The notes: generated from the letters alone by a model not told the origin. A DNA stretch of 64,000 nucleotides from Epiperipatus broadwayi (GCA_028023455.1 JAQFVV010000010.1:1984001-2048000); one strand, 5' to 3'. Positions 54,001 through 62,357 are shown, numbered from the stretch's first letter. Translations and numbers: made by a program.

Positions 54001-57000
54001 ATAAATAATAATAAAGAAGAAAATAGTAATAAAGTTAATTATATAGATATAAAGACAGGGAATAATTATGTAGTTAAAAATTTAAATAAAGTTATAGGTA
54101 GAATTAAAAAATTTAGTAATGTATTAAATGTTAAGTAGTTAATAAAAAGAGAAAAAATATCATTAGTATTTTCAAAAATAAGTATATTAGTGTTTATAAT
54201 AAAAATTCAGGTAATGAAATAAATGGAATATATGAGATTAATTATAAAAAGTATCAAATTAATAATATAAAAGTAAATTATGTAGGAGAAATAAAAAATT
54301 CAATATATAGAAGATTATTACAACAAATATGATAAAAATTCACTGATATATTTACATAAATTAGAAACAGGGCATGAGTTTGATAAGGATGATACAATTT
54401 ATGGATAATAAAAGGGATAGTAAAATAAGAGGCTATTTATATTAATAATATTAAGCCAGTTTTAAATAGAGATTTGGGTCTGAAAAAAATGTTGATATAA
54501 AGTAAAAAATTAAAAGATTTAGTTATATAAAAAATAAAAGGGAGCTGCTAATATTATAAATGAAAATTTAAAGAGGGAGCTACTAAAAGTATAACTGTAA
54601 CTTTTTAAAATTTGAATTTAGCAGTTGAGATTTGGAGGTATAAATGGAAGGTGGATAAAAATATATTTAAATAATAATAATATACATTAAATTAAATTAT
54701 AAATTTATTTAATGCACATTGATTACTAAGTAATATTTACTAAGGCAATAAACCCAAAGCATGTGCGGTTGAAAATGCGAAAATATGGATCTCTACAGGT
54801 CTTAACCACATATAGAAAGTAGGTTGAAGTAAAGAAGGATTTCCCTTTTTTCTTCCAATGTGTAAGCTTGTGGTTAAGACCTGTAGAGGTCCCTACCTTC
54901 GCATTTTCAACCGCACTTGCTTTGTGCTTATTGCCTTAGTAAATATTAAATTAAATTATAAATTATTGAATGGATAAATTATAAATAATGTTTGTTAATA
55001 AAATGAATAATGATAATGTAAAGTATAAAAGATATTAAGTTAGAGTTAAATATTTAAAGAGTAAAATAAACAATAAATATAGAATGTAAAAAGGATAAAC
55101 TATATAATATTTAAAAGATAATAAATAAATGATGCTTATAAGATGTATATTTAGAATGTAAATTATATGTTCATGTATATTTATATATTTATATTATGTT
55201 GTAGTGCTGAAGAAGATTGCTGGGGCAATCGAAACTATCAAAGGGTGTGGTAATTATAGCATTGTGAAACAGTGATAAAGTGCATAAATGATTTAATATA
55301 TTATGTCATCATATCTATTGGCTGAATTCATTTTGCTTTTTCCCAAGCCATTTTTTTATAACTACTTCTATTTCGAATATTGCTGTTGATCATGACCAAT
55401 AATATCTCACTATGGTAATCTTTGAGCATCATTTGGCTTCACATTAAGTGCCATATATAATGGAATGATACTCTGATGAGTGAAAATTGCCTCAAGTTGG
55501 ATATACCTCAAGTTGAGCTTCTATATTTTAGCAGACTATACCATTTAGTCTATATGGGCATATGTGTGTGATTGTTTTATAGAGATTACTAGATTATTCA
55601 GAAAAAAAGAGACATTATTTATGTTGGGGCCACTCTTAATCCTTGAAAGCATCCTATTTGTAGTTGAAAAGACATGAGTTTATCACAAGGACAAAGAAAT
55701 AATTTTGAAGAGGTGCCACAATAAAAAAAAAAGTAAATTTGAATTTTTTTTTTTTTTTCATGTGTCAAAGCATTGGCTGGGAAGCGAACCCGGGTCAACT
55801 GCTTTGTAAGGCTCGACCACCAATGCTTGACTGAATTTTAGTTAAATATTAGTTCTTTAGCATTCTGCTATAAAAGCAATTTTTTAATCATTATTTCTAA
55901 ATATGGAAGGTTTAATTATTATTTTCTATTAGCCAAATTCAGTTTACAACAATAGTCTAAAATACAAACCACTAATCTTATTGCTTATACTATAAGTAAA
56001 AATTAAATATAATTTGAAAATTACAACAGTAATATTTGCATGCTTTAAAAGTATATTGCAGTTTTTAATTTGTTTATATCTGATTAAAAACGTAATGATA
56101 TGATACCTGCAGGATTTATTTAGCACTATAAAGTTTATCCTTTGCAATAATCTTGATGAAATTCACTTTTATAAATAAATGATTTAACTTTTTTGATTGA
56201 TAAATAGATTTAATATTGATTTTCTATGAGTTTTTAGTTATATAGTTACTTACTTATTGGTCAATATATTTTCCTAAATTTATTTTTATAACTTCATTTA
56301 TCAGTTAGAGATTGGTAATATCTAGGACAGTTTAAGCTGGTAATTGATTCAATAGTGTATTTTTCTAATCATTCATCCTGCAATATATTTGCTCAGTAGA
56401 ATTACCTGCTTTGCTGTTCAATTCTAATATCTTTCATGCAAATGTTTAACTCTTCCTGTATTACACAACTATTGACCCATTTTTTAATTAAAAATAGTCT
56501 GATGCAACTTATATAGATTTTGAGACTTATTGTTTCAATAATATATTTTCACAGAAAAACAACTCTAATTAAAAAAATATAATTTAGAAAATAGTAATAA
56601 TAATGAATTTATATAAAAGGAAATAAAAACATAGATTTGTTACCTATTTAATCAAAATAGATTTAATTAATTTAAAGAAAATTATTTGAAAATTTTAAAG
56701 ATAGTGTAACTCATGTTTGTGTATAGTATATAGTGAAATCTAGCAGTTTCGATAAATAGATAAATATTATTTCTAAATTCTATCTCTGTATATATTCTAT
56801 AACCAAAAAATTGGAATTTATTTAAGAAAATTATCAACCATCTTACAGTACATCCACCATCTTAAGCAGCTATTTTTGTTTTTATATTACATATTATCTG
56901 TTTTGTCAAATATCAGTGCAGTGGTTCCATGGTTAATGACTGAATGAAGAAAAATTCCTAAAAAGTATATTGTATTAAGTCATTGGTGTAAAGTTTTTAA

Positions 57001-60000
57001 GATTATGTGAATGTAATAATGTGTTCTTTAATCAGTAAAATATCATCCGACTCCATCATAAGGCTTTAGCTTACATATTGCTGTTATAGTAGCATAATTT
57101 GTTCCACCTCTGTGCTACTTACCATAAGCTTTAATAAGTAATTATAAATGTTAGATGATAGTGCTTCTCACCATCTTATGCTGTCCTTTCCAATGCATCC
57201 AGGCTAATTTCAAGCTTGTGGTTTTCATCAAAGATGAGCTTTGGATCTTGTATCAGTGCACCACATTCTCCTTCCAGCACCTATCATTTATCTCTGTTAT
57301 ATTATCAGGCTACCAGATAAAGTTTTCAATCTAAGCCACTTTGTTTGCATAGTTATGTAGATCTGAAACCAGTTCAATATCTATCTATTATGGTGTCTCT
57401 AATTTTTTAATAACTGTAGATTCCTCTTTACTATGATGAGAATTTAGTTTAAACCAATAAAATATTACTTGACTCTTGACTGATGAAAGCCATAACCTTA
57501 AAACTAGTCTGGGAATATTGGATAGGTCAGTGCAAGATAAGGATTTAATGAGCACTATCATCTGACTTCTATTATTACTTACTAAAGCTTACAGTAAATG
57601 GCATGAAGTTAGTGGAAATTATGCTTCCATAACAGCAGTATGTAAGTTAAAGTCATGAGATAGAGTCAGAAGATATTTTGATTTGTACCAAACCCTAGCC
57701 ACAGGATAGAAGGGTCTATGGTTATTAAAAAACCTAGATATACCATAATATATAGAAATTGAAATGGTTTCAAATCTATATAATTATGCAAGCAAATTGG
57801 CTTAGATTGAAAAACATTTTTTTTTTAATTAGGGCTGAAAGTTTGACAGCATAACAGAGAAATAATTGATATGTGCTGAAAGGATAGTGCATTAGATTCT
57901 AAAGGTCTAGGTGCACTGGTCCAAGGTTCAAAGCACTTTACTAATGAAGCATAATCTTGAAATTAATCTGGTGATATTGGATAGAATAGCACAGGATAGG
58001 GATTTAGTAGGGTACTATTATTTTTGTGTAGTTTTGTTTCTAGAAGTCTATTACTTAAAAAGATTAAATCAGTCATTATTATGTAGGTTATATATACACA
58101 TGCTTGCACAATTGAAATCATTTGAAAAATATAAAATAGTTTTGGAAAATTTTATTTATGATAATAACTTAAAAATTGGCTTGAATTTAAAAATTTGTTC
58201 TTTCATCATAAAGTGATTTTGTATTTTAAAAAATATAAAATTAAATATAATAATTTTTATTTGTAAAACAATGTTTGTTTTGGAAAAAGTTTGAAATTTA
58301 CTTGTTCTTCAGCTAAATATTGTAAAATGGAAATGATAGCAAGTATTGAGTGTGCATACATAGCTTATAGAGAATAGACAATGTTGCACTATGATTTATA
58401 TTTTGATAATTCTTGGTTTAAATAAATTAACTTATTTATGAAGCAAAAGAGGCAGAATATGTATTAAAAAAAATTAAGTTGTATTTGATTATAGAAATCA
58501 TTATAATGAAAAAGTATCAATAGTTTATAAACATTAGATTTTAATTTATTGTATGATTATTCTTTTGATGCTGGACTTGGATAAATATTGTCAATCTTCA
58601 AAATTTTACTGAACATGTAGAAAAGACAAATATTTGTAATGATGATCATATGTATATGCTAGATGTATTGGAATGTATATGATTCTGTAAATAATAAGTG
58701 GTCTATATAGATTACTGATCATTGTTTGGCTAAGAAGAATATGTGTAAATTTAAACATTCTTTTATTGAGAAAGTATAATTATTGATGTGGATTTAATAG
58801 CTATATTTGATAGCAGTTTGCATAAAATGGATAAAGGATGTCCTAAAGGAATTAGCAATAATAACAATTATTTATAACTATATTTTATTATATTATGAAA
58901 AAAGGATTTATAAGAATCCACGAGTATAATGGTATTAAATGTTACTATAGATATGAAAGTGATTTTCTCAAAAATAGAGCAGAATACAACTTACGTTTTA
59001 ATAAAAATGCTATTAAAGGATTATATATATAAAATAATAAGTGACAGAAGTAGGTAATGGAAGTGGTGATTTTATGTAGTGCTTTAGATCAGGCTTAATT
59101 TAAATTCTTATTTTGTAAATAATTTTATAGTTTTTATTAAAATATGTAACTTAAGAGTTTTTGTATTTCCTTAAATTAAACATTCTTCTAGAACAGGGGT
59201 TGGCAACTTAAGACATATGTGCCAAGCAAAACGATTATCATTGGCACTCTAATTGAATTGAAATAATAAAAAATATATTTTAAGTATAGCATGCATGTTT
59301 GCACTATTATCATTTTGCATATGCAACTCACGTGTAAATGAAAACCATGATTCAGTTTAATTTACTAATTATTTTATACAATAAATGTACGCTTGATTTT
59401 TGCTATTTTTAATAAAGATAAGTGCTAAATGGGATGAAAAATTTTTTTTTTCCTAGGGAGGATTAATTTTGCCTGAATTTTTTTTTTTTTACGGTCAATT
59501 GATCTTTGATACTTGTGTACGAATGTGTTTAGAATACGTTCATATTCAGACAGAATATTATATAAATTAATTCTTGTGAAAAACTTTATTCATAATTATA
59601 TAATAATACATTTTAAGTTTTGGTGCATTTACTTGAAAACAATTTATAATTAGTGATAGTCAGGTTAATGCATGAATGAAATCCGCAAATTTGTGAGATT
59701 TGATATCGCTCGGATCTCAAAGAAGTTAAAAGTAGTTGATTTTTCTTTTAAATGTCTATTGTATAATTAAAACAAATTTCTCAGAGAAATTTCCAAATAT
59801 CCATAGTTTTAAAAAAAAAGAAGAATATATGAAAAACTTCCAATTTTGAGTTGACTTTTTATCACAATAATGGATGCTAAAAGTTCATTAATCAGCTTTT
59901 AAATTAAACCATTGAAAGCTAAATACACTTTGCCTATTCTGAATCACTGTATATTAATCAGTAATTTTGTAAACAATACACATTTTTTAAGTACAAAGGA

Positions 60001-62357
60001 AATGAATTTTCTCCATGCCAAAGGAAATTTTAAGCATATTTTTTGAATGCAATATAATTTACATACTTTTCGTATATGATCTCATGTATTTTAAAATATT
60101 GAATGACCAATAATATAAGATCTGGTTATAATGGGCTTCAAAAGTATATAATATATAATTTCGAAACCCATTATAACAGGTCCAATTTTGATACTATATA
60201 TAATAAGATTGGTAGAATCATGTTAGCTCGCAGAATAACATAGGTTTGGCACAATACCATTAACAGATTGCCGACACCTGTTCTAGAGTCTTTATTTTGA
60301 GATTAAAAATTAGGAAATACTTAAGATATTTGAATTTTACAGCATTTTTTTAAAAAAAAAAAAATTGAAAGCATTGACAATATATTCTTTGTCAATAAAT
60401 AATCTACTATCAGAAATTCAACATACAAATACAGTCTACCTAAGAAGGTTTGCAAAAATGCAATGCAGTAAATCAGTTATTTTAAATCTTATATATGTTT
60501 GGTGTCATTATTTGCTAATTTCATCCAACTTTAATGTAATATTGTTGGAATTTCAAAAATATCCTATATAATATTGTATAGAAAGAAGTGTTAGAAATAA
60601 ATATTTTTTCATAAACCCTGCTGAGAGAGTGGGGTTGAACTGAATCAACTCAGGGAAGCAGTGAATTAATAGGGGTCATGCCCCCCCCCCCCCTCTAGAT
60701 TACTTATAATGATGAAAATGATTTAGATTATATTCCTTATTTACATTTATATTATGTAAGATAATAAAATTAAATATAAAATGTTAAACTATTAAAGATT
60801 AGTCCTAATTCACATGTATTTAATGCATATAAATTATTTGGTTTTAAAACATTTTTATTTAAATATAAGGTTTTATAAAAACCTGATCAAATGTTTTATA
60901 TCGATGTTAAAAATTGATTATGTATTGATTATATATATAAGCTTAATTATGATTGAATCCTTATAAAAAATTAAAAAAGAAAATAATAATAAAAGTAATT
61001 CAATCATGTGTTGTTTCTAAACATTTTAAGATGGCTTTAAAGTGATTCTAAATATAATAGAACATATTGAAGAGATACAACTAGACATGTTGAAATATTT
61101 TAGAAAACAAAGTTTCTGCTGAAAAAATTGAAAGATAACATACAAAATATCAAATATGTAGAAAAAGTAATCGGCATACTCTATAATGTAAATGTACTTG
61201 TTTCATAAATTGGTTTGTATAGTGATCGCTAAACTCATTTTTAGAGCAGTTTTATTTTTCCTTGGAGTTGAAATGATTATATTTGTTTACGAGTGATTGT
61301 ACATATAATGATTTAATAGTTCAGTTTTTGTGCGAAGGTTTGATAAATGTAATATTATATGTTATCTAAATCAGTTTTTGCATCTTATGCTCATAATTGT
61401 TATAGCGTTTCCTTCCACATTTACATGGTATTTCATAGATGCAATTTTGTTTTTCAGCATTTCAGGTTTAGGTTTTACATAAGAACAGTTTTTCCAAAGC
61501 CATTAATTAATCCTAACCTAGAAATGCTGAAAAATAAAAACTGCATCTGTTGAATACCATGCAAATGTAAAAGAATATATATTGAGTGAAATTGGTCACT
61601 CAATTAAAAGCTCATTAAAATAGCAAACCATGTATGTACCATTGAACATATATCTTCAATTGAAAAAAGATCAAAATATTGGACAGAGAAGAAAAAGTAC
61701 AAAGAAAAAAATTTAAAGAAGCTGCTCATATGACAATAGCAAACAAGCCCATAAATCAACTTAATGTGATAATTTATAAGACCCTTATATAGATCATCAT
61801 ATCTGAAGTAGAGAATAGTACCACTCAAAACATTGTACTATATATGTTACAGTTGAATGTATTTTAAAAGTTTAAATGAAGTTTGAATTTTTCTAAAAAC
61901 TTTTAACAGATAAACCTATTAAATTTAAATAAGATTTTAAGTATTTTGTGGAAATTTTAAAATACTTAATATGGTGGACATTATATAACGCAATTATAGC
62001 AAGCATTATAACTTTTTATTTGATTAGTAATTTACTTTGGATAGACTCCTTTTTTTTTTTTTTATCTGTCAAAGCATCGGCTGGGAAGCAAACCCGCAAA
62101 TTCTGGGACAACTGCTTGTAAGGCCACCAACGCTTGACATAGACTCCCATTTTTGATTATTAAAAATAGTTTGTTTACATATATATTTATTTATTCATGT
62201 ATTTTTTAATTTTTCAGATTTGTTAAGTCAGAAGAAACAGTGTTCTCATTGTAGAGGTGTTTTCTTCAACTTTTTTCATTCTTCAATAGTATTTGATATT
62301 GTTGGTTTTGTGAGAGTGCCTCTTTATCAAAAAGTGTGCATGTTTCATTCACATTAA
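3024..62357 (+). CDS. Spliced 3' part of an LRR protein with C-terminal BC-box/cullin-box and Cys-rich tail (LRRC58/LRRC69/LRR1-like); join(3024..3078,21269..21429,38980..39101,47664..47825,62218..62357), 5'-partial
   Basis: Exon phases (1/0, 0/2, 2/1, 1/1, 1/stop) join without frameshift into CNMLNELPAEVCNLINLEALYVGQNFLQRLPDRIGNLIRLWELDVSECSLTILPDSITYCANLERLCLSKNKLRYLPDQMGQLHSLKELNIRDNLIQYFPASLKYLQLYTFSVSQNPLLDDRDKVAIASLTVHCPNLVPTLVELSAHKIARENIKWHPNELPKELQDLLSQKKQCSHCRGVFFNFFHSSIVFDIVGFVRVPLYQKVCMFHSH*. It shows 23-aa LxxLxLxxNxL periodicity across exon junctions and all introns are GT..AG. Orthology is not established, so no symbol is given. Confidence 0.9.
3616..3657 (-). ncRNA. Minimal type I hammerhead ribozyme motif (degenerate)
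   Basis: Reverse complement reads TCCTCA-TTGACAA-aGGCcacaaGCCa-GAAA-CTAG-TC-TGGGGA, with a palindromic CTAG loop. Confidence 0.65.
4146..4187 (+). ncRNA. Minimal type I hammerhead ribozyme motif (degenerate)
   Basis: TCCTCG-CTGACAA-aGGCcacaaGCCa-GAAA-TTAG-TC-TGGGGA: stem I has 6 bp (2 G-U), stem II is present, stem III is 1 bp plus a tetraloop, and there is a GUC cleavage triplet. The core has a G>A change in CUGANGA. Confidence 0.7.
4302..4461. repeat. Small fold-back/MITE-like element
   Basis: acagaaaaggtagtttttt...ttattac pairs with gtaataa...aaaaaactaccttttctgt; a related single-arm copy is at ~48541-48640. Confidence 0.65.
4950..5460 (-). mobile_element. Possible hAT transposase C-terminal (dimerisation domain) remnant
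   Basis: Minus strand reads LQIAYTI...MLALFNIHQFLKLKTD; heavily decayed. Confidence 0.35.
5562..12014 (-). mobile_element. Non-autonomous Gypsy-type LTR element (outer; gag-protease only), 3' LTR split by a nested copy
   Basis: 5' LTR 11402-12014, PBS TGGTGCAGTC 11390-11399, zinc knuckle CYRCEASEHAYIEC 10459-10500, PPT agggga-ggaaa at ~9597-9608, 3' LTR = 5562-5616 + 9086-9596; flanks caaac/caaag (5-bp TSD, 1 mismatch). Confidence 0.75.
5617..9080 (-). mobile_element. Non-autonomous Gypsy-type LTR element (inner; gag-protease only)
   Basis: LTRs 8443-9080 and 5617-6312 (TG..CA), PBS TGGCACAGTCGAC 8426-8438, two CCHC-like knuckles at ~7390-7500, protease-downstream motif LPLVISAG..LLGYDL at ~6950-7000, PPT agggaaaggaga next to 6312, TSD aatat/aatgt. 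Confidence 0.78.
12100..13190 (-). mobile_element. Mariner-like transposase remnant
   Basis: Minus strand gives NSMTQLIHLP*SLTLILCDLFLFPQMKK...FVDLEEMKRKTMEA..GITLQEF, matching the mariner HPPYSPDLAPCDFFLFPKMK region; contains a ~50-bp tandem duplication at ~12893-12990. Confidence 0.7.
13290..15600 (+). mobile_element. Decayed Gypsy pol fragment (RT, RT-RNaseH linker, integrase C-terminus)
   Basis: FGISVAPIIFQQVVNQ at ~13410-13460; SLYWLLNK*ADWKWDDNQNQAYIKLKKLI at ~13700-13790; LLMHHSIP..TPAS.LMNHTLRIKLSYLRP at ~15100-15220; interrupted by the 14019-14366 element. Confidence 0.7.
14019..14366. mobile_element. Fold-back element with tRNA-like B-box and hammerhead-like core in the spacer
   Basis: Arms ~14019-14122 / ~14263-14366 are reverse complements; the spacer has ggtttaattcccc (B-box-like, ~14159-14171) and CTGAAGA-a-gagggg..cctctc-AAAAC (~14205-14236). 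Confidence 0.6.
16699..16882. repeat. Tandem duplication of a ~80-bp unit
   Basis: gttttcactgtccaaaa..tacagcaaaatagattgagagatcaagaaa.tgaaactaaa.tagcatctaa occurs at ~16700 and ~16807. Confidence 0.85.
17130..17530. repeat. Near-perfect ~200-bp tandem duplication
   Basis: aatgcattctgaatttgaatag...gagctatttaaataaaaa.ttaaa occurs twice with very few substitutions. Confidence 0.92.
18420..20660 (-). mobile_element. RTE-clade LINE remnant (APE endonuclease + start of RT)
   Basis: Minus strand reads ILLGDLNVRIE...SALGKFSY...FAEKEQFYTINFYFDK...NRKFVFQDYNILN.F..KNDH (~19890-20190) and KKNNKEDIRNYR (~19050-19090); many stops and frameshifts. Confidence 0.7.
21269..21429 (+). CDS. LRR gene internal exon B (ALYVGQNFL...LCLSKN)
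   Basis: AG at 21267-21268, donor AA/gttagt at 21430; 53 codons + 2 nt; two LRR units. Confidence 0.9.
21766..22810 (+). mobile_element. Penelope-like element fragment (RT C-terminus + GIY-YIG) with 5' fold-back inversion
   Basis: ORF 21908-22216 HCINEMFVAG..HSSLSFTIAWEDMHHEIKYLDI; LCKIESLC; IYYGES...KFKEAWFIGNNTHAIN at ~22570-22780; ~21766-21935 is the reverse complement of ~21963-22128. Confidence 0.65.
24657..25169 (+). mobile_element. Candidate solo LTR (CpG-rich)
   Basis: Ends AATAAA...CCGTTACA; CpG-rich against a CpG-poor background; left end and TSD not resolved. Confidence 0.4.
25240..26070 (+). mobile_element. Penelope-like RT C-terminal remnant
   Basis: (R)YVDDYF..MKFKMEIEINNNINFMDI..YRKE..AIKICSNNKILQNEIKIIK across frames. 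Confidence 0.65.
26075..26800. repeat. Unclassified dispersed repeat, copy 1 (copy 2 at ~32935-33995)
   Basis: Collinear similarity from aaaatattcagttt..gttaaatttattaaaaataaatt to gttggc(at)n. Confidence 0.75.
27036..28546 (+). mobile_element. Non-LTR (L1/Tx1-like) insertion inside an LTR, internally deleted or chimeric
   Basis: 14-bp TSD aagaattataacta at 27022-27035 and 28547-28560; A-rich tail preceded by AATAAA; Pro-rich ORF1-like piece (27554-27772) followed directly by an ORF2 C-terminus-like piece (~28200-28330). Confidence 0.6.
29235..30691 (-). pseudogene. Disrupted gag-zinc knuckle-coiled-coil ORF
   Basis: Gag N-terminus (EFSIDNAEKWPLYIMQLDNFF...FRNRKQAREE...DQLLWGMYDERL) with a frameshift and stops; track ORFs 29655-30065 and 29235-29624 are in the same frame, separated by a single TGA. 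Confidence 0.75.
31540..32900 (+). mobile_element. Decayed Gypsy gag-protease(-IN tail) fragment
   Basis: ITYEEIIKKLGDYFS; LLTEIDLTYAMAIK; CSCCGKLGHITKE; MEIGSGSGISL (decayed DTG protease site). Confidence 0.65.
32935..33995. repeat. Unclassified dispersed repeat, copy 2, with internal ~350-bp duplication
   Basis: Matches 26075-26800; ~33005-33370 is repeated at ~33370-33665. Confidence 0.75.
38302..38507. repeat. Fold-back hairpin, ~100-bp arms, ~3-nt loop
   Basis: ttttgaaaagatagaatgaatccac...gaagatattaatt / aattaatatcttc...gtggattcattctacttttcaaaa. Confidence 0.8.
38980..39101 (+). CDS. LRR gene internal exon C (LRYLPDQMG...LYTFS)
   Basis: tctctatag acceptor, G/gtaatg donor at 39102; 1 + 120 + 1 nt; LRR unit. 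Confidence 0.92.
41580..42960 (-). mobile_element. 5'-truncated L1/Tx1-like LINE (ORF2 C-terminal region)
   Basis: ORF 41828-42475 contains CPICNRQEETFKHTILSC (zf-RVT-type knuckle) and YSLWTTRCKITF; upstream NFLGFPI motif. Confidence 0.8.
43114..45779 (-). mobile_element. hAT (Charlie/GTF2IRD2-like) transposon remnant
   Basis: Left end CAGGGGTGGG; degenerate right end gagccacatttgcc; minus strand LALDKFTGIQDVPQLAIFVHYV and KLVSVAIDGASEMIGKNLG; TSD ambiguous. Confidence 0.8.
45790..46270 (+). mobile_element. LINE 3' fragment with C-terminal zinc knuckle
   Basis: LFKARTGSLATKEYTHKWKNVSDLVCKLCKEGIENIRHLV. Confidence 0.6.
47664..47825 (+). CDS. LRR gene internal exon D (SQNPLL...PTLVELSAHKI...LPKELQ)
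   Basis: ttcatttttag acceptor, G/gtagaa donor at 47826; encodes the LRR cap NPL and BC-box-like TLVELSAHKI. Confidence 0.92.
49234..51884. mobile_element. Penelope-like element, head-to-head inverted dimer (arms ~49234-50497 and ~50693-51884)
   Basis: ORF 50876-51160 GVYEIECRKC..YIDET..RLKQ..SPVYMHFMETGH (GIY-YIG); ORF 50481-50672 HRISAISSKVYRAKYYC..KNEYP (PLE RT C-terminus); 18-bp direct repeat tatctatt[t/g]ctattataa at 49221-49238 and 51936-51953. Confidence 0.9.
49312..49347 (-). ncRNA. Hammerhead-like core in the PLE 3' region (mirror copy ~51785-51815, +)
   Basis: CTGACGA-atACTGctggaaaCAGTt-GAAAC; the mirror reads CTGACAA-aGACTGctgggaaTAGTC-GAAAC; stems I/III not convincingly formed. 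Confidence 0.5.
52600..53770 (+). mobile_element. hAT (Buster/ZBED5-like) transposase remnant
   Basis: VLANEVMVSRKLKRHF; ASYAIAEIIA; HTIAESII; ESTDTRGKVQLL; TTKGQDIFDLIDNYF; ISICTDS across frames. Confidence 0.8.
53800..55245 (+). mobile_element. Penelope-like element 3' part (RT tail, GIY-YIG, 3' hammerhead-like core)
   Basis: RIHRAVNYCSNKEDY..NNDYP; NGIYEINYKK..NYVGEIKNSIYRRL..LETGHEFD; CTGAAGA-a-GATTGCtgggGCAATC-GAAAC at ~55207-55235. Confidence 0.8.
54732..54947. repeat. Inverted-repeat insertion (arms 54732-54810 / 54869-54947) with 20-bp flanking direct repeat
   Basis: attaaattaaattataaatt at 54686-54705 and 54945-54964. Confidence 0.8.
55744..55831 (-). pseudogene. Retroposed tRNA-Gly(TCC)-derived short element lacking the D-arm
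   Basis: Reverse complement gtcaaGCATTGGTGGTcgagCCTTacaAAGCAGTTGACCCGGGTTCGcTTCCCaGCCAATGCtttgac plus poly(A); flanks share tgaatttt. Confidence 0.7.
57040..57670. mobile_element. Second inverted dimer of the ~430 bp hammerhead-containing family
   Basis: The minus copy ~57040-57460 is homologous to ~3505-3920. The plus copy ~57470-57670 starts CTGATGA-AAGccataacCTT-AAAA-CTAG-TC-TGGG (57480-57513), and the minus-copy motif is at ~57197-57238. Confidence 0.7.
58500..59000 (+). mobile_element. Possible PLE RT remnant
   Basis: HKMDKGCPKG (xQxxGxPMG-like) and CYYRYESD (YxDD-like) traces; very decayed. Confidence 0.3.
59194..60280. mobile_element. Non-autonomous hAT element
   Basis: TIRs CAGGGGTTGGCAA / TTGCCGACACCTG; 8-bp TSD ttctagaa / ttctagag. 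Confidence 0.88.
61415..61568. repeat. Small fold-back hairpin (~57-bp arms, ~37-nt loop)
   Basis: catttacatggtatttcatagatgca..tttttcagcatttc..ttagg / cctaacctagaaatgctgaaaaa..tgcatctgttgaataccatgcaaatg. Confidence 0.7.
62050..62138 (-). pseudogene. Second retroposed tRNA-Gly(TCC)-derived short element lacking the D-arm
   Basis: Reverse complement gtcaaGCGTTGGTGGCCTTacAAGCAGTTG..GGGTTtGcTTCCCaGCCgATGCtttgac plus poly(A); 9-bp TSD atagactcc at 62041-62049 and 62139-62147. Confidence 0.75.
62218..62357 (+). CDS. LRR gene terminal coding exon E (DLLSQKKQCSHC...RVPLYQKVCMFHSH*)
   Basis: ttttcag acceptor, TAA at 62355-62357; CxxC and RVPL...C resemble the LRRC58-type C-terminus. Confidence 0.88.

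Noticed and set aside
55764-55831. Functional tRNA gene
   Set aside because: The D-arm/A-box is missing, the anticodon loop is altered, and poly(A) plus TSD indicate a retrocopy
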